64,000 nt of DNA, taken from NCBI GenBank assembly GCA_964016885.1, contig OZ024742.1, forward strand, positions 308,450,001 to 308,514,000. Reading direction: 5' to 3'. This DNA comes from Eledone cirrhosa (taxonomy: Eukaryota). Made by a program: the position numbers and the translations under genes. How positions within the stretch are numbered: position 1 is the first letter of the stretch; each line of letters begins with the position of its first letter. Under the pieces are notes generated by a model, which saw only the letters and a program-made list of their open reading frames with translations, did no database searches and was not told where the DNA came from. This document shows, one piece after another, positions 60,182-64,000 of the stretch.

Positions 60182-62849
60182 TACTCTTTCCTACACACAC
60201 ACACACACACCCACTCACACGCCTTACTTTAAATTTGTTTCAATCAACACATGACGTTACCGGTATGCTTTCGCAAGAAATAGAGAGAAGAAAGGAAAGT
60301 AAGATCATTATTGAAAAGAATGATAATTGCATTTGTATATATATATATGATTCATTGGCTCATTATTTTGTAATTCAATCAACACAAACTATAGCGAGAA
60401 TGGAAAATGTTGGCGATATTTGGATGGCAGGTAATGAACCTGGTATATTGGAAGGATTCTTAATGGAACTTAATTTGAATAGATTTACTCAACAAATACA
60501 TTTATAACTCACAGATGTGGTGGAACTGTTGTGCGCCTGCACAAATGGGTTACATAATCTCTTTAGAATAGCATCTAACTCCTGTCTAATAGAGTTTCCG
60601 ACAAATAGAGAATTTTGTGAGGGCGGTGGATTAGCAAAATCGTCAGAGACGTGGGAGAAATTCCTTGCTATACTTACGATTTTTGTTCAAAACCCTACCG
60701 AATTCGACATTAGTTTTCCTCATTCTGGACTCGATAAAATCATGTAACATCAGAGGTGTGGGTACAACAGACGTTACCCCTCCCCCAAATTTGAGGACTT
60801 GTGCCTGTGTTAGACATTAATATATAACTACAATCTGTCGAAACATCTGTACTTATATACAGTTACATAGAATAAGCAATAACGGCTTAAATGACACATA
60901 TGCCTAAAATTCGTCTTGATCAAATAATTGTTAGAGTCGTTAAAAGCACGAACGAGAAAACTTAATATCATGAACATGTTATTTCAAAGGTTTTTTTCTT
61001 AATATTGTTGGCTTTAAATTCTTGTGAGATTTTCATTCCTATTGGAGTGATTTCTGTGAACCTTTCAAACTGCGTTAAATGATTGTAACACTGCAAGAAA
61101 GCAGAGTGGATTTTGAACGCAGTTTTTTTTTTTTTTTTCTAGTGGCAGATGCTCAACACATATCTGTGAAACTCCATGAGCAACGGAGGGCATGATTTAT
61201 GGACAATTGCCATAAACAGACGACATGTCGAGATTTGATTCTTTAAGACAATCTTTTTTTTTATTTCCCAGTGTTTTTTGTCAGAGTAACTCGCAATATA
61301 CATTACCATATTCTTTAAATTATTTCTTTGTAATTACTTTGAGAAGTGACTTTAATTTATGTTAGAAATATTTATATTATAATTTATATAAACATTTTGC
61401 CTGTCATAATAACATTAAGACATAACTTGCCTGGAGTGTATCAAAGTCTTGGCGCCACTACACTTTGCTATATATGTGGGGTAAACACAAACAAATCTAC
61501 CGTCCAAACTTTCGTTCAATCGATATTTCAGTCGGATTTATATATCAGCAGATTGGTTAGAAATGATTGTGAATGCCATAAACATTGTAATTACTCTTTC
61601 TGTACACACGTCTGCCACTGTGCGTTCGCCTGTCTTTAGATTTCCTTAACATATATCTATTATTTTAGGAATATGGTCCACGTTTGTTTGGTAATACTAT
61701 TCCGGTTCTTTCCATTCTAAATTCAAATGCAACGAAGATCAACTTACGTCCTTCCGGGCTCGATAAACTAAAGAACCAGTCAATTACTGTTGTAAATTCA
61801 TTCCACGTTTCCGTTTCTTCACAACTGCTGGTCTTGTGCCTAAATTAGAAATCGTTGTTTATGAAATCCAGGATAAACGTAATATTCATTAATAAATTGT
61901 ATTCATAAATCAGCATGATGAAAGTGTGGGAATTATAGGAAATTGCATGGCTTCGTACAATTAAATATATCTTCAATTAGAGATTGGAATTCACAGGAGC
62001 AGGAAGATGAGGAAGTCCAAATAGATAATAGCATCAATTTAATTTGTAGTAGCTGATAAATTCCGGTTTCTCAGAACAGCATTAGTAACATACGGTAAGT
62101 AATATAAATGGAAATAACGAAGATATAAACCGAACTTAACGTTATTTCAAACGTATGTGCTCTCATGGACTATTAAATACAAAAGACGTTAGCATTCCTG
62201 AAATCTACATAGATTTATCCTGAATATCTCCAATAAACGGCTGAACTCTTTGTCCGGGTGAATTATTTGAATAAATGTTCATCCACCAGTTAGTGATTAT
62301 CAGCAAGAATACGTAATCAGTGATGTTACTACCTACAACACAGTATTTTTCCTACACACCTTATCGGAAAACAGATTAAACCTTTCTATACACACTACTG
62401 TTCAAAGAGCAATGAACATGACTTTATCAACCCAAAATTTATTTCCCTACCACAGCCTGAAAAGAAAATATTCTTTACTACTCCAGTACTTTTATTAAGG
62501 CAGGTTTCGATGGAGTTGTAATTGCCCTATATGTGCCATTTTTCTGTTGCCTATTTGGCAATCCTGCCGTGTTATTTAGTTTTTACATATTAATATATCT
62601 ATATTATACATAATGTGTCTGTGTGAGTGTGCACATGCATATTTAACATACATACCTCCCCACACTTTAATAAAAGAACGCTGCGTTATCTGCTTGACGT
62701 CTAGAGGCAGAATTTACGTTCTTTTGTGCTGAGGTACAAGTTTTTAAAGGGACTTTTGCGGAGGTGGGGATTTTATCGATGCATAATATTGCTTAATACC
62801 GTGTCTGGAAATCTGGAATCGGATTTGTCGATGACTAAAGTCTGTCTTA

Positions 62850-63110
62850 AGCCAGAAGTCTCGTTAGACCGGTGCTTATCCCGGTTTCATGGTGTGAAGC
62901 AACTGAGAATACAAGACTCCCCCATAGATAGGACGCCAGGCCATCGCAGGGTTAAGCTATTGCTAGTACTCATTTTCAGCTGAGTGTACTGGAGCAACGT
63001 GAAATGAAGTGTTTTGCTCAAGAACACAACACGCAATCCAGCCCAGGAATCGAATCCATAACATTGTGATTGAAAGTCCAATACCTTTACCCCTAGGCCA
63101 TGCGCTTCCA
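62850..63110 (-). mobile_element. SINE family B variant
   Basis: Reverse complement: ggaagcgcatggcctaggggtaaag...gattcgattcctggg...gtgttcttgagcaaaacacttcatttcacgttgctccagt. Confidence 0.75.
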
Positions 63111-64000
63111 CTGTCGATGACTAGAACCAAATAAAAACTTTCAGTCGGAATGTTCCTGAAGCTTACGTAAATATTTATCTAGAATTATTTTACTTTTAAT
63201 GCCAATGTCAGATTTGGTCAGGTTAACGTTACCTATGAAAGGTTATTTATTAAGATTACATTTATGTTTCATAATTGTGGAGTATGACTGCATAGCATTT
63301 AGAAGTTATGCTCGGTTGTTAAAAGTAATTCTAACCCCCATGAATATTAATCTCATGCAGCATATGCCATGATGTTTCTCACATGAGTTTGTGGTGGTGT
63401 TTTAGATACAATGCTTAATGGTAGTGTTATCGATTTCATATAGATTTATAATTTTATCGGACAACACATGCACTAAGTAGCACATTATTACAGCTTTAAT
63501 TCTTCTGCTTAAATCTGAATGGAATGCTTTATTACATTTTCTCAATTGAATATTTCTTATGCATTGCAAAGTAACATTTCCAAATGATCCCTAGTGCTGG
63601 TCATTTGTTCGTTTTAAATCCATATGTGAATTTGTTCTCATTGTTTCTATTTAGCTTTAAAAACCATTATGATAATTGTCTTTGTCTTTTCATAAAGTTA
63701 TTGTATTTTTGCATATGCCATTCAAATTAGAACATTCTAGTGGGAATTATGATTTCTGTTTTCTTTGTTTTTTTTTGTTTAGTTTTTTATTTGATGTTAT
63801 TTGTAAAGATATTCAATTGTGTTTGCATCAGTAAGATTTGGGGATATTAGCTACTAACATCCGGCAATGATTTAGTAGAAAATATCTAAAAATTCTGATT
63901 TTTTAAATGCTGATGTTTATAGTAAGTTTAATAGTAAAGATATGTGCCATTCTGGAAATTTACAGTAATAAGTTAAAGAAGATAATTATTAATATGATGT

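Overview
AT-rich, repeat-saturated eukaryotic DNA. The SINE families and giant (TA)n/(TACA)n/(CA)n arrays suggest an octopus-like cephalopod (inference). No complete host gene is supported; there are a few candidate exons (best: 54255-54638, minus strand). Almost all ORFs in the supplied track are microsatellite artefacts. The window holds a near full-length decayed Naiad-type Penelope-like element (PLE; RT plus GIY-YIG, 9772-12070), three further PLE endonuclease remnants, RTE and CR1-like LINE 3' ends, a DD41D-like Tc1/mariner remnant, Helitron derivatives (one with a PIF1 helicase C-terminus), MITEs, many tRNA-type SINEs and a ~50-bp minisatellite. The main hidden signal, found by eye, is about ten minimal type-I hammerhead ribozyme (HHR) motifs, most with palindromic stem III. 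Many lie in non-coding 'foldback + tail' elements inserted in (TA)n tracts. One is a 658-bp HHR-carrying unit that occurs as a partial tandem, an inverted arm and a circularly permuted monomer with a compensated stem I. This looks like a (TA)n-targeting retrozyme / non-autonomous PLE system. All calls come from manual reading; boundaries of old repeats are approximate.
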